This document shows positions 30,291 through 40,960 of a stretch of 64,000 nt of DNA, piece by piece; position 1 is the stretch's first letter; the number at the start of each line of letters is the position of its first letter. The notes under the pieces were generated by a model. That model ran no database searches. It saw nothing but the letters and a program-made list of their open reading frames with translations, and was not told the origin of the DNA. This stretch comes from Candidatus Zixiibacteriota bacterium. Lineage in GTDB: Bacteria > Zixibacteria > MSB-5A5 > GN15 > FEB-12. Location of the stretch: assembly GCA_024278935.1 (NCBI GenBank), contig JAJRSF010000051.1, positions 1,963-65,962 on the forward strand. Reading direction: 5' to 3'. A program made the position numbers and the translations under genes.

Positions 30291-33140
30291 ATGAAAAACA
30301 AAACTGCTATTTGGATACTCTCTCTCCTTCTGATTGTAACCGCCATTACAATTCAAGCTTCTGATTTAAAACAGGTCAGAGTCTTTCTTGACGACAAAAC
30401 AATGCTTTCCACTCTCAATGGAATGGCTCTTGACATCGTTGAGCGAGGAGATGGTTATATTGAAATCATAACCACCGCAGAAGAGTTACTAGAAATTCAG
30501 CAAACAGGATTCAGAACTTTCACAACCCACGAAGATATCGTAGCATTTTATAAAGATAGAATCGCCGCCGAAAATGCTTTGTATAAAACTGATGGCACAA
30601 AAGATATGGGCGGATATAAAACTTTATCCGACATAGATGTTGATGTCACTCTGATGCAATTTCATTATCCAAACCTTATTTCCGACCGAGTCGTCATCGG
30701 GCAAACTCTAGAAGGTCGCGATATCTGGGCTATAAAAATTTCTGACAATCCAAATGTCGACGAAGACGAACCGGAAGTATTATATCATTCCGCTATCCAT
30801 GCCCGTGAAGTTATTACGCCGATGGTTCTCTTACATTTCATGGATCACCTTCTCACTAACTATGGAACCGACCCTGAAATCACTGACATCGTTGATAACC
30901 GTGAACTTTGGTTTGTCTTAAATGTCAACCCGGATGGTTTTTATCATAATGAAATCACCAACCCAACAGGTGGTGGTATGTGGAGAAAAAATCGACGTGA
31001 CAATGGCGACGGTACTTTTGGTGTTGATTTAAATCGAAACTATGGATACAAGTGGGGACTTGACGATGATGGCTCATCACCAGCCCCAGCAAGTGAAACT
31101 TATCGTGGCACAGCAGCTTTTTCAGAACCTGAATCTCAGGCTATGCGTGACTTTATTGAAGCTCACGAATTTGTCATCACCGTTGATTATCATTCCTACT
31201 CAAATTTAGTTCTCTGGCCTTGGGGCTATGATTATTTGTACACTGATGATGAAGATGTTTTTAGCCTTATCGGTGATTCAATTTCTGCTTATAATAACTA
31301 TACCCCTGGTGCAAGTTGGATTCTTTATCTTGTAAATGGCGACACCGGCGATTGGGGCTATGGTGAACAAACAACAAAGAACAAAAACCTTGCGATTTTA
31401 TTTGAAGTTGGGAGTTATTCTGATGGATTTTGGCCTCTCCCTTCTCGCATCCCAGCTCTTGTAGCGGAAAATCTCGGACCTAATATCTATATAGCTAAAT
31501 CAGCAGGAACTATTTATCAACAAGTTGGTCCTAAAACTCCTACACTTTTTACTGATGCTTTATCCGACTCAGCAAGTTACGAAATCAACTGGACTCTCTA
31601 TGATACTTTGAACCCAGGCGTTCTGTATGAACTTGTTGAACTAGAAGGATACACTGTAAGTGTTGACCCGGCAAGTAACTTTGATAACTGGGACAATTCA
31701 GGCTTTACCCTTTCAAACTCTAGTTATTTCTCTTCACCAACATCACTTTATTCCGGTTCAGATAATAATCTGTATAATACAATAACAACGATTGTTCCGT
31801 ACACTGTTCTAGTGACCGATAGTATCAACTTTGAAACGAGATATGATATCGAAAACGACTGGGACTATGCCTATGTTGAAATTTCTACAGACGGTATAAA
31901 CTTCACATCGATTGAAGGTAATATTACCACAGCTTCTAATCCAAACGGAACAAACCTCGGGCATGGCATTACAGGTTCAACCGGCGGAAGCTGGGTAACC
32001 GCAAACTTTGATATAAGTTCTTATGTAGGACAAGAGATTTATATAAAATTGTTATATAGCACCGATGGTGCAGTTATAAATGACGGTATCAGATTTGATG
32101 ATTTCTATCCTATAGTTTCTTTTGCTACCTCAACGATAGTCTCTTCATCAATCGCTGATACAGTTTATACTTTTACCGACAAACCACTTGGATCCTACTA
32201 TTACAAAGTCCGCGGAAAAGATGCTGAGAATCAGTGGTCTGAATTTTCTGAAATAGAAAAAACAATCGTAGTTCCTTCTACTTCTTCTTGTTTTGCTGAT
32301 GGCGATGTCAACAACGACGGGTTAGGACTTTCTGTCTCTGATTTTGTTTATCTCATACGCTTCCTTTCCGGCGATATAGCCACTCTTGATGTTCCATATT
32401 TGGCTGATTTAAATGGTGACTGTGTCATCTCTCCGCTAGATTATGTTGTATACCAATGCCTTATGGATTCTGGCTTTGCAGTTTGTTTTCCTGGAGAATT
32501 TCCTGAATATCCGGTGCCAACTTGTTGTAATGTTGGCGTAGATCGTGATGGCGACGGTCTGTTTGATTCTGTTGAAGTAGCCAATGGCACCAACCAATTT
32601 AATGCTGATTCCGATGGTGATTCTGTTGACGATTTCACGGAGTTTGGGATAAATGCTGAACCGCTAGATACAGACGGTGATGGTATTATTAACGTACTCG
32701 ACGATGACGACGATGGCGATTCTATTCCGACTCTCGAAGAACTAGCCAATGGTGATACTGACTCTGACGGTATCCCAGATTATTTGGATGATGACGATGA
32801 CAACGACGGTGTACTGACTATCAATGATAACTGTCCGTTAGTTGCCAACCCATCGCAAACTGATTCCAATTCTAGCGGAATCGGTGACGCCTGTGGTGGT
32901 TGTTGTATAGGTAACCGTGGTAATACTGACAATGGTGCTGATGATGGAACTTTATTGTCTGTTGATATTTCGGATCTCGTATTTCTTGTCGACTTTATCT
33001 TTACAAGTGGACCGCCTCCTATTTGCCCTGAAGAAACAAATGTAAATGGTGATGTTGATGAAAATATTGATATCTCCGATTTAGTTTGGATGGTTGACTT
33101 TATCTTTACCGGAGGTCCTCCACCACCACTTTGTCCATAA
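30291..33140 (+). CDS. Secreted M14 zinc carboxypeptidase with TSP3-like Ca-binding repeats and two dockerin-like domains
   Basis: HARE zinc motif, WRKNR, GVDLNRN, DYHSY; DxDGDG repeats and DNCP..ANPSQTD; dockerin-like DISDLVFLVDFIF repeats; start ATG 30291. Confidence 0.88.
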   Translation: MKNKTAIWILSLLLIVTAITIQASDLKQVRVFLDDKTMLSTLNGMALDIVERGDGYIEIITTAEELLEIQQTGFRTFTTHEDIVAFYKDRIAAENALYKTDGTKDMGGYKTLSDIDVDVTLMQFHYPNLISDRVVIGQTLEGRDIWAIKISDNPNVDEDEPEVLYHSAIHAREVITPMVLLHFMDHLLTNYGTDPEITDIVDNRELWFVLNVNPDGFYHNEITNPTGGGMWRKNRRDNGDGTFGVDLNRNYGYKWGLDDDGSSPAPASETYRGTAAFSEPESQAMRDFIEAHEFVITVDYHSYSNLVLWPWGYDYLYTDDEDVFSLIGDSISAYNNYTPGASWILYLVNGDTGDWGYGEQTTKNKNLAILFEVGSYSDGFWPLPSRIPALVAENLGPNIYIAKSAGTIYQQVGPKTPTLFTDALSDSASYEINWTLYDTLNPGVLYELVELEGYTVSVDPASNFDNWDNSGFTLSNSSYFSSPTSLYSGSDNNLYNTITTIVPYTVLVTDSINFETRYDIENDWDYAYVEISTDGINFTSIEGNITTASNPNGTNLGHGITGSTGGSWVTANFDISSYVGQEIYIKLLYSTDGAVINDGIRFDDFYPIVSFATSTIVSSSIADTVYTFTDKPLGSYYYKVRGKDAENQWSEFSEIEKTIVVPSTSSCFADGDVNNDGLGLSVSDFVYLIRFLSGDIATLDVPYLADLNGDCVISPLDYVVYQCLMDSGFAVCFPGEFPEYPVPTCCNVGVDRDGDGLFDSVEVANGTNQFNADSDGDSVDDFTEFGINAEPLDTDGDGIINVLDDDDDGDSIPTLEELANGDTDSDGIPDYLDDDDDNDGVLTINDNCPLVANPSQTDSNSSGIGDACGGCCIGNRGNTDNGADDGTLLSVDISDLVFLVDFIFTSGPPPICPEETNVNGDVDENIDISDLVWMVDFIFTGGPPPPLCP

Positions 33141-33170
33141 GATAGCAAAACATATTGATTTAATTATATT

Positions 33171-33195
33171 GGGAACAGTCATACTGTTCCCTTTT
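33171..33195 (+). terminator. Intrinsic terminator
   Basis: GGGAACAGT-CAT-ACTGTTCCC followed by TTTTT. Confidence 0.8.
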
Positions 33196-33213
33196 TCTAA
33201 ATAGTTTTAATAG

Positions 33214-34899
33214 TTAATCTAAGAAGTTGAATGAATTCTCAATTTCAGCATCTATGTCAGATTCTGTTTTATTACAAGTTTCAATCTTTTGAGATTCATC
33301 CAAAATTTGACACCCTTCAAGCAGAATGTTATTTATTGGTTGATCAATATTTGGATTAGGAAATTCCTCGATAGCCATCGGATCAATATTCCAAATACCT
33401 CGCTCCCATTGAAGACCCGCAAAAATAGCTTCTTTACCTTTGCAATCATCATTTTCTGCATACATAATCTTGCCATCATGTACATAGATAGAAAGTTGTT
33501 TAGAATTCGCTGTTATATTTAGCAAGCATGTTTTACCGGAACCATTCATCGTCTGCAACAAATCTATCAGGTTCATATCTGCGAGATTCCCGTAAGTACC
33601 CATTTTTTCAAGCACATCAATCTGTTGTTGTGAACGTTCAAGTAAACGTTTTTTAGCTCTGATAATTTTAATTAGAAATGGATCTAGATCAATCTCTGAA
33701 TTGAAAATATCTTCGATACCTTTTTGTAAAAGTCCCGTCAATTCAAAAACAGATTCTCTGTTGGTAAGTATATAGGTTATGACTTTATCAAAACAAATAT
33801 CATTATCTTCAATTTTATTTACGAGATCAGAGACTTCTAAAACTGTTCCTTTTGCTTCTATCACCAAGATATCAATTTTATTTTTATTATACATATCTCT
33901 CAGTTTATCTACAGAAGAAACAAGCTCCGCATCAAAACCTAGATTCCCAAGACAACTTACAAGCATCAATTGGTCTTTGCCTAATTTACTATAAATAGCA
34001 ACATGGCAGGTGTGTGCAGTTTCTTGAATAATCTCAATAGAATCATATAACGAATTAAATAATTCTTTACCAACTTGCGGTAAAAACAAAGTACCGATAT
34101 TCGATTGAATAGTCTGATGCAACTCTTTGAATTGTTCAGCAGTAATTTTGTGAGAACAAAAGTTACTATGACAATAATAATCAGCAGCCGTGACGATATT
34201 TGCTAGTTCAAAATCTCTGGTTTGCGTCAGAACGTCATCGATATTTGTATACATCAAATCTAAAAGTGTGCATACTTCGGGAGTATAATTTATTGTTTTT
34301 AAACATTGGCTTGATAGGCGAATAATATCTTTTTCATTTTCACAAGTTGCAGCACTTTCCATTATCAGCATAGAGAAAGCATGCATATAAGCTGCTGCTA
34401 TAGCTCTGAATTTTCGTTCCTGAGATATCTGCAGACGATCACAAATAAGTTCAACATAGTTTGCAACGCTATTAAGATGTTCGACAACCTGAACTTTTTC
34501 TTCATCAAACAATGTGTTGATGAGTTTAAAAGTATCTTGGATGATCGTAAACTCGTTTGTCGATTTTGTTTTTGAAAGAAGAATTTCTTGTAGAGAATTA
34601 TAATACACAACAGAAGAAATTTGATTGAATTTTATCAACCGAGTAATAAATGACAAATGTTGAATCTTATTTTCCTCACGGATATAAATAATCTCAATTG
34701 TTCTCGATTCTAGAAGTTGTTCAATCTCATCTTCAGTTTCAAAAAGGTATACATCAAAACCGATATCTGACACGCTTTCCCAAAAACTATAATCGACCTG
34801 TTGATCGGTAACAAGAACAATTATTCCAGGCTCTTGCTTTTCATTTTCAAGCGTAGCAATATTGATATTTGTATATTCAATTGTATTAATATGCGTCAT
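33214..34899 (-). CDS. Signalling protein with degenerate HD-GYP/REC-like regions and C-terminal DUF4388
   Basis: C-terminal GNLADMNLIDLLQ...GKEAIF...W..G...NNILLEG typical of DUF4388; AAYMHAF / IVTAADYY resemble a decayed HD-GYP domain. Confidence 0.6.
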   Translation of the reverse strand: MTHINTIEYTNINIATLENEKQEPGIIVLVTDQQVDYSFWESVSDIGFDVYLFETEDEIEQLLESRTIEIIYIREENKIQHLSFITRLIKFNQISSVVYYNSLQEILLSKTKSTNEFTIIQDTFKLINTLFDEEKVQVVEHLNSVANYVELICDRLQISQERKFRAIAAAYMHAFSMLIMESAATCENEKDIIRLSSQCLKTINYTPEVCTLLDLMYTNIDDVLTQTRDFELANIVTAADYYCHSNFCSHKITAEQFKELHQTIQSNIGTLFLPQVGKELFNSLYDSIEIIQETAHTCHVAIYSKLGKDQLMLVSCLGNLGFDAELVSSVDKLRDMYNKNKIDILVIEAKGTVLEVSDLVNKIEDNDICFDKVITYILTNRESVFELTGLLQKGIEDIFNSEIDLDPFLIKIIRAKKRLLERSQQQIDVLEKMGTYGNLADMNLIDLLQTMNGSGKTCLLNITANSKQLSIYVHDGKIMYAENDDCKGKEAIFAGLQWERGIWNIDPMAIEEFPNPNIDQPINNILLEGCQILDESQKIETCNKTESDIDAEIENSFNFLD

Positions 34900-35230
34900 T
34901 ATTATTTATCTAACCCTTGTTATACTATCTTTAATAAATCGGCAATTATAGATGAACAATAACCACTTTTGCAAAGTATAAATAGGAGAATTAAAGAGAT
35001 AAGAATGGGTTTGTTTCGACAGGCTAGAGCTTGTTGTACTATCAATTATACTGTTCATAAAATGGGTTCTTTCGCATATAAAGGGAACCTAACATGTTCA
35101 TTTTTCCTGTTCTTATTCACTATAAACAAATGAGACATAGCCTCTTAGAGTGAAATGGCTTTGGTCTGAAAATGGCTTTAGAGCCATTTTGCCCTATATT
35201 ATTTGTAGCGATTTTGCCTATGTACTTCGA

Positions 35231-35258
35231 TGTCATACTGGACTTAATCCAGTATCCA
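35231..35258 (+). repeat. REP-like palindromic element
   Basis: TGTCATACTGGACTTAATCCAGTATCCA. Confidence 0.5.
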
Positions 35259-35441
35259 ACATTGTTGTTTTTACTATATTTCATCATACTAAGAGTTGTA
35301 TTGGGAATGTAGTGAGATTATGTTGAGAAAGTGGTTTTACAGACAAGAACAGATGAACCTATTTGACTTAAAATAGAATTGTTAGTATACTTATTTAAAC
35401 AGTTGATGAAACAAAACAACTTTGTCGTTTAGGGAGGCTTT

Positions 35442-37190
35442 ATGCGTTTTTCAAAACTAAGATTATTTCTTTTTCTTACAACAATTATAATTTCAACCTT
35501 ATTTATAAACTGTTCAAAAGAAGATAGTCCTACTGAACCGAATAATAATGCACCTGTTGCTACGATAAACACACCACTTGACAATGCAATTTATTTTAAG
35601 AGTGATACTATCTTATTTACAGCTACTGCTACTGACGCCGAAGATGGTGCACTTACAGATAGTTCTCTTGTCTGGTCCTCTCATATTAATGGGCAGATTG
35701 GTGTTGGTGATTCCCTTTTATATAGTTCCTTATATGAAAACACCCACCAAATATTTCTCACTGCTACAGATAGTAAAGGCGACACTGACATTGACACTAT
35801 TACTGTGACGATACAAGCGAATTTACCTATAGTGACAATCATGTCCCCTGCCGATTCTTCTACTTTCAGTTTTGGCGATACGATAACTTTTATCGGGACA
35901 GCCATTGACAGAGAAGATGGTGTACTTACCGGGGGTTCTCTTGTTTGGACATCTGATAAAGATGGTCAGATTGGAACCGGCACATCATTTAAAATTAATA
36001 CATTATCAAACGGCAGTCATGCAATAACTCTCACGGCTACTGATTCACATAGTAATGTTGGTATTAAAACGATTTCAGTGACTATACATGCCCCAATTAC
36101 TTTTGAAAAAACTTTTGGGGGAGCAACTAATAATTATGGGTCCTCTGTCTTAGAGACTTCCGATGGCAATTTCATAGGTACAGGGCTAAAATATATGGGT
36201 GGAATAAATGGTGATGATGTATACGTTTTTAAAACTGACGAAAAAGGAACTCTACTTTGGGAAAAAACATATGGAGCGACAGATATTAATTTTGGTAATT
36301 CAATAATAGAAACACCTGATGGTAATTTTCTTATTTTAGGAATGAATAGTTTTCCTAGTGACCCTAATTACATTTACCTTATTAAAATAGATGGCAACGG
36401 CTCCCTTTTGTGGGAAAAAAAATTCGGTGGTCCATCTATTTATATTGGTTTTTCTCTTTGTAATACATCTGACGGTAATTTTATAATCACTGGGAATACA
36501 TCTTTAACTTTGGGAGGAGGTCCTTCAGATGTAAGCCTACTCAAAATTGACAACAACGGAATTCTTCTTTGGCAAAAAACTTTTGGTGGGACAGGTGTTG
36601 ATGTTGGCTATTCTGTAAGTGAGGTTTCTGATGGTGGATATGTAATAACAGGTTATACTAACTCTTTCGGATTTGGAATGTCTGATGTTTATCTTATTAA
36701 AACAGACATAAATGGTACTCTCGTTTGGGAGAAGACTTTTGGTGATATAGATACAGATGAAGGATTCTCGGTTGTTGAAACATTTGATGGTGGTTTTATC
36801 ATTGCTGGAGTTACATATTCTTTTGGAGCAGGTAGTGCCGATATTTACCTTATAAAAGTTGATAATAGTGGTAATCTTGTTTGGCAAAAAACTTTTGGAG
36901 GAGCAAGTTGGGATATCGCTTATTCTGTAAAACAAATTTCGACCAGTGGGTTTATAATCACTGGAATTACAGAGTCAATTGGTGCTGGTAATTATGATTT
37001 AGATATTATAAAAACTGATAACAATGGAATTCTTATCTCGCAAAAAACTTTTGGGGGAATAAATGATGATGGGGGTATTGAAATAAGTGAAACTTCTGAT
37101 GGGGGGGTTATAATAACTGGTCATACGAGTTCAAACACAGAGAAAGATGTATACCTTGTCAAAACCGATTCCCTTGGTAATGTATATTAG
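35442..37190 (+). CDS. Lipoprotein with two Ig/PKD-like domains and a C-terminal beta-propeller
   Basis: Lipobox FINC, two D.EDG.LT..SLVW.S..GQIG repeats, about 7 WxKTFGG...DGGF/YIITG repeats. Confidence 0.75.
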   Translation: MRFSKLRLFLFLTTIIISTLFINCSKEDSPTEPNNNAPVATINTPLDNAIYFKSDTILFTATATDAEDGALTDSSLVWSSHINGQIGVGDSLLYSSLYENTHQIFLTATDSKGDTDIDTITVTIQANLPIVTIMSPADSSTFSFGDTITFIGTAIDREDGVLTGGSLVWTSDKDGQIGTGTSFKINTLSNGSHAITLTATDSHSNVGIKTISVTIHAPITFEKTFGGATNNYGSSVLETSDGNFIGTGLKYMGGINGDDVYVFKTDEKGTLLWEKTYGATDINFGNSIIETPDGNFLILGMNSFPSDPNYIYLIKIDGNGSLLWEKKFGGPSIYIGFSLCNTSDGNFIITGNTSLTLGGGPSDVSLLKIDNNGILLWQKTFGGTGVDVGYSVSEVSDGGYVITGYTNSFGFGMSDVYLIKTDINGTLVWEKTFGDIDTDEGFSVVETFDGGFIIAGVTYSFGAGSADIYLIKVDNSGNLVWQKTFGGASWDIAYSVKQISTSGFIITGITESIGAGNYDLDIIKTDNNGILISQKTFGGINDDGGIEISETSDGGVIITGHTSSNTEKDVYLVKTDSLGNVY

Positions 37191-37219
37191 TGAATAATAA
37201 AATTATCATTTATAAAGAA

Positions 37220-37266
37220 GTCGGGATCTGCATTCGCTAAAGCGAATACTTCAAACCCGACCTACA
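37220..37266 (-). repeat. GTAG-type REP element
   Basis: Minus strand GTAGGTCGGG...TTCGCTTTAGCGAA...CCCGAC nested hairpin between convergent genes. Confidence 0.55.
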
Positions 37267-37272
37267 GATTAC

Positions 37273-37299
37273 TGGATTCCCGTTTTCACGGGAATGACA
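37273..37299 (-). repeat. REP-like palindromic element
   Basis: Minus strand TGTCATTCCCGTGAAAACGGGAATCCA. Confidence 0.65.
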
Positions 37300-37309
37300 T
37301 ATTATATAA

Positions 37310-38632
37310 CTAAAGTCCGCTGAACTCGATATCTTTAAAATGCATCGATGGTCGGCGTACTGTTGAATACATATACGGGTCGTTACCCATCGCTTCCAAC
37401 TTATTCCAAAGTTCTATCAAGTTACCGGAGATATTCATTTCAGAAATAGGTTTCACAATCGCACCATTTTCAATCAGATGCCCTGCAAGTCCCCATGAGA
37501 AATCTCCCGTAGTACTATTAGTGTTCCCACCAATAAAACTTGTTACTAAAATACCTTTTGAAATTGATTTAATCATCTCTTCAAAAGATTGGTCACCATG
37601 AGCAAAAACTAAATTTGATGTAGAACCACCGGTAGGGTCCCATCCGAGTTTCCGTCCATAGTAACTATCAACAAGATACTCATTTAAGACACCATTTTCG
37701 ATAAGAGTTCTTTTGCGAGTCGAGATTCCTTCGCCATCGTAGTGACGAGAACCTAGACCACGTTTGATAAACGGGTCATCAATGACCGTAAATTTATCAG
37801 ATGCTATTTTCTCACCTTTCATACCATCAAGGAATGAACGTTTCTGTTGAATCGCTCTTGCTCCCATTGGTCCCAAGAATGGATAAATAGGTTTTCCACC
37901 GGCACGATTATGAACAAGCATATCATAGGTACCTGTTGCGATTTTTTCTTGTCCAACTTTTGCCATTGCTTTTTCAAGCACGCCACTAGAAAGTTCTTCC
38001 GCACTCGGAGTATCTTTGAGATAGCGAGTCGTTGTATAGTTCCAGTCATTAGGACGTTTTCCATCGGCACCTTCAACAGTCACTTCAACGCCTATCGAAA
38101 AGCTGGTAGACCTACGGATACCTTCAAAACCATTACTATGCACTTTGATTGATTCGGAATCATCGTCGTAGTAACCGGCTGTCGAGGAAACTATTTTGTC
38201 AGATTTTGATGCGGTTTGTGATTGTAAATCACGCGCATACTTAACCCGTGTATTTGCATCGATTGAATCATAGTCATGATCGATAATATCTAAATCGACA
38301 TCTTTGATATTTTGATAATATTTTGGATCAGGAAGCTGTCTGAATTTATCTTCTGTTAAATATTTTGTCATAGCAACAGCATCTTTGACAAATTTGCCTA
38401 ATGTATCTTTGCGTAAATCATTTGTTGAATGGCCTGAAAATTTACTATCAGCATAGATATTAATATTTAAACCATTTTGTGTGGATTCTTTTACTTTATC
38501 AAGTTGTCCATCACGATATTCTATCTCGACTCCTCGTGACTTGGCAATATCAACAGAAACTTCCGAAGCACCTTCTGCTTTGGCAACTTTGGCAACCCAA
38601 TGAGCAAGTTCTAATCTATCTTTTGTATTCAT
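37310..38632 (-). CDS. pmbA: TldE/PmbA-family protein (non-catalytic partner)
   Basis: DDPF...GSRHYDGEG, GDFSWG...IENG..VKPISEMNISGN; no HExxH. Confidence 0.88.
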   Translation of the reverse strand: MNTKDRLELAHWVAKVAKAEGASEVSVDIAKSRGVEIEYRDGQLDKVKESTQNGLNINIYADSKFSGHSTNDLRKDTLGKFVKDAVAMTKYLTEDKFRQLPDPKYYQNIKDVDLDIIDHDYDSIDANTRVKYARDLQSQTASKSDKIVSSTAGYYDDDSESIKVHSNGFEGIRRSTSFSIGVEVTVEGADGKRPNDWNYTTTRYLKDTPSAEELSSGVLEKAMAKVGQEKIATGTYDMLVHNRAGGKPIYPFLGPMGARAIQQKRSFLDGMKGEKIASDKFTVIDDPFIKRGLGSRHYDGEGISTRKRTLIENGVLNEYLVDSYYGRKLGWDPTGGSTSNLVFAHGDQSFEEMIKSISKGILVTSFIGGNTNSTTGDFSWGLAGHLIENGAIVKPISEMNISGNLIELWNKLEAMGNDPYMYSTVRRPSMHFKDIEFSGL

Positions 38633-38674
38633 ATTTTGTCCTTATTATTTACCTTTATACTTACCTCGTTAAAA

Positions 38675-40216
38675 TTAAGAAACACCACCAACAGTTATAG
38701 CAGAAACTTTAATAGTTGGAAGTCCCATAGATACCGGAACACCTTGCCCGCCCTTACCGCAGGTCCATCCACCTTCAGCCATTTTCATATCATTGGCAAC
38801 CATCGTGACTTTACTTAGCGAGTCAGGACCATTACCAATAAGATTAATATCTTTGATAGGTTTTGTAAGTTTTCCATTTTCGATTAAGTTCCCTGATTTC
38901 ACATAGAAAGTATAATCACCACCACCGATATCCACTTGTCCATTGGTAAACTGGTCAACATAGATACCATTTTTAATCGAGCTGACAATCTCTTCAACCG
39001 AGTGAGGTCCATTAGTCATATAAGTATTTCGCATACGTGGTAATGGAGCGAATCTAAATGACTGACGACGGCCGGAACCGGTTGGGTCTACGCCATAGAA
39101 CTTGGCAGAAATTTTATCATGCAGATAAGATTCCAAAATACCATTTCTGACCAAATGAGTTTCTTGACTATCGTTACCTTCATCATCAATATTGATAGAA
39201 CCACGAATATTTTTATTTTTGCCAGAATCAACAATATTGACAAAATCTTCAGCAACTTTTTTACCGATTTTATCTGAGAAGATAGAAGTGTTCTTTCTGT
39301 TGAAGTCAGCTTCCATACCATGACCGATTGCTTCATGGAGTAAAATCCCCGAAGAACCAGCTGCGAGGACAACCGGCATTTCACCGGCACTTGGTTTGAC
39401 CGCGTCAAATAAGTTCACAGTTCTTCGTACAGCTTCAGTACCAATTCGGTTGAGAGATTCGCTTGAGATAAACTCGATACCATTTCGTTCGCACAGGTTA
39501 AATCCGTTACGTTCACGTTTGCCATTATGTTCGGCGGTACATGAACCGGCAATTTGCACCATAGGTTGATAGTCACAGACAATCCGACCTTCCGATGTTG
39601 CCACTAGGATATATGACGTATTATCTGAAATCGATGCGTTGGTTTTAATCACCCGTTTATCCGCAGCATGCATCGCTTTATTTAATTGTTGAATCTTTGG
39701 AATTTTTTGGTCGATAGTAACATCTTCCCACTTTGTTTGAATCGGATAATAATCAGGTGTCGGGTAGTAACCAAGTTTAGCAATTTGACCCGGGTCGGCT
39801 GAGCGAGCAATATTGGCGGCCGTTTGGGCAGCGGTTCGCATTGCCTCTGCCGTGATTTCTTCGGTGAATGAATAGCCAGTCTGGTCACCTTTGATAACTC
39901 GGATGCCAACGCCAAAGTCGACATTGGTGTATGCTTTGTTCACAGCATCATCTTCGAGTGCGACATAGCTGTCAATTTTATGTTGAAAGAAAAGATCGCA
40001 ATAATCCCCACCTTTGGATAAAGCAGCTTCCATAGTTTTTCGAATTAAGTCCTTTGACACTGAAAAATGTTTCAGATATTCTTCGAGAACCGAATCGTTG
40101 GTAAGTCCAGGTGAGAATGCCATAGCCGGGTTGAATTTAAAAATTGCCGGTATCGTTGCCAATGCCAGCCCTTTTGCTCCCCATGAAACAAAATTTCGTC
40201 GTGAAATGTTTGCCAT
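38675..40216 (-). CDS. tldD: TldD-family metalloprotease with N-terminal twin-arginine signal
   Basis: LLHEAIGHGMEAD, PRMRNT, CGKGGQGVPV; N-terminus SRRNFV..AMA. Confidence 0.9.
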   Translation of the reverse strand: MANISRRNFVSWGAKGLALATIPAIFKFNPAMAFSPGLTNDSVLEEYLKHFSVSKDLIRKTMEAALSKGGDYCDLFFQHKIDSYVALEDDAVNKAYTNVDFGVGIRVIKGDQTGYSFTEEITAEAMRTAAQTAANIARSADPGQIAKLGYYPTPDYYPIQTKWEDVTIDQKIPKIQQLNKAMHAADKRVIKTNASISDNTSYILVATSEGRIVCDYQPMVQIAGSCTAEHNGKRERNGFNLCERNGIEFISSESLNRIGTEAVRRTVNLFDAVKPSAGEMPVVLAAGSSGILLHEAIGHGMEADFNRKNTSIFSDKIGKKVAEDFVNIVDSGKNKNIRGSINIDDEGNDSQETHLVRNGILESYLHDKISAKFYGVDPTGSGRRQSFRFAPLPRMRNTYMTNGPHSVEEIVSSIKNGIYVDQFTNGQVDIGGGDYTFYVKSGNLIENGKLTKPIKDINLIGNGPDSLSKVTMVANDMKMAEGGWTCGKGGQGVPVSMGLPTIKVSAITVGGVS

Positions 40217-40617
40217 TCTTTATTCCTTTCACATGCATATTATAAATATATTTAGATTCGTTTGTCTTCGATATTGAGTACATTGTATTAATGTACGATA
40301 AAGTTGACAAAAAGGTTCATTTGAGGAGAAAAAACTTAAAAAAACTTATTATGCGACCGCAAGAATTGCGAGTAAATAATTTTTTGTGTCACCAAAAAGT
40401 CACACACCATATTTTTATTGATTTTTCATAGATAATTGTAGTCATTGTTTCAATTTGTAAAACCACATCTACTTAAGAGATAAGTTATACTATTGGATTT
40501 TGAACAAAGTATTTGCACGCTGATCTTGATATTACTGAAGCTAGAAATAGCTGTTTGATTTTTTCGAAGATTACGCCCGCAACGATGTATTCAACTTCTC
40601 TGTGAATAAATAAAAAG

Positions 40618-40714
40618 GTCAACCTGAGCGGAGTCGAAGGGTCATCTCTAATACAATCTCAACCAATGTCATTCCCAACTCCCCAATGTCATTCCCAACT
40701 TGATTGGGAATCCA
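40618..40714 (+). repeat. Cluster of REP-like elements
   Basis: GTCAACCTGAGCGGAGTCGAAGG, an 18-bp direct repeat CCAATGTCATTCCCAACT x2, and the palindrome TGTCATTCCCAACTTGATTGGGAATCCA. Confidence 0.6.
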
Positions 40715-40932
40715 GTATAATCTTTATCTTAAAATGACAGCGGATTTATATTTTTTTTAATTTTAAGATTATCACTATAATACAAAACCTCACTACCAAT
40801 TTTTGCTTTATTAGCAGTATGTGGAAGCTCATATTCAATCTTATTATTTGACCAACTATACATATATTTTATCGGCTTAGCATTATCATAAGAAATAATC
40901 GTAGAGTTATCCACAAGAAAGGAGTGCAAAAG

Positions 40933-40960
40933 AAAAGGTCAAGAGTACAAACTCCTGACC
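40933..40960 (-). terminator. Intrinsic terminator after mddA
   Basis: Minus strand GGTCAGGAGT-TTGT-ACTCTTGACC followed by TTTTCTTTT. Confidence 0.7.

Noticed and set aside
40729-40929. 66-aa ORF downstream of mddA
   Set aside because: Weak start next to a terminator, no recognisable motif; at most a gene remnant
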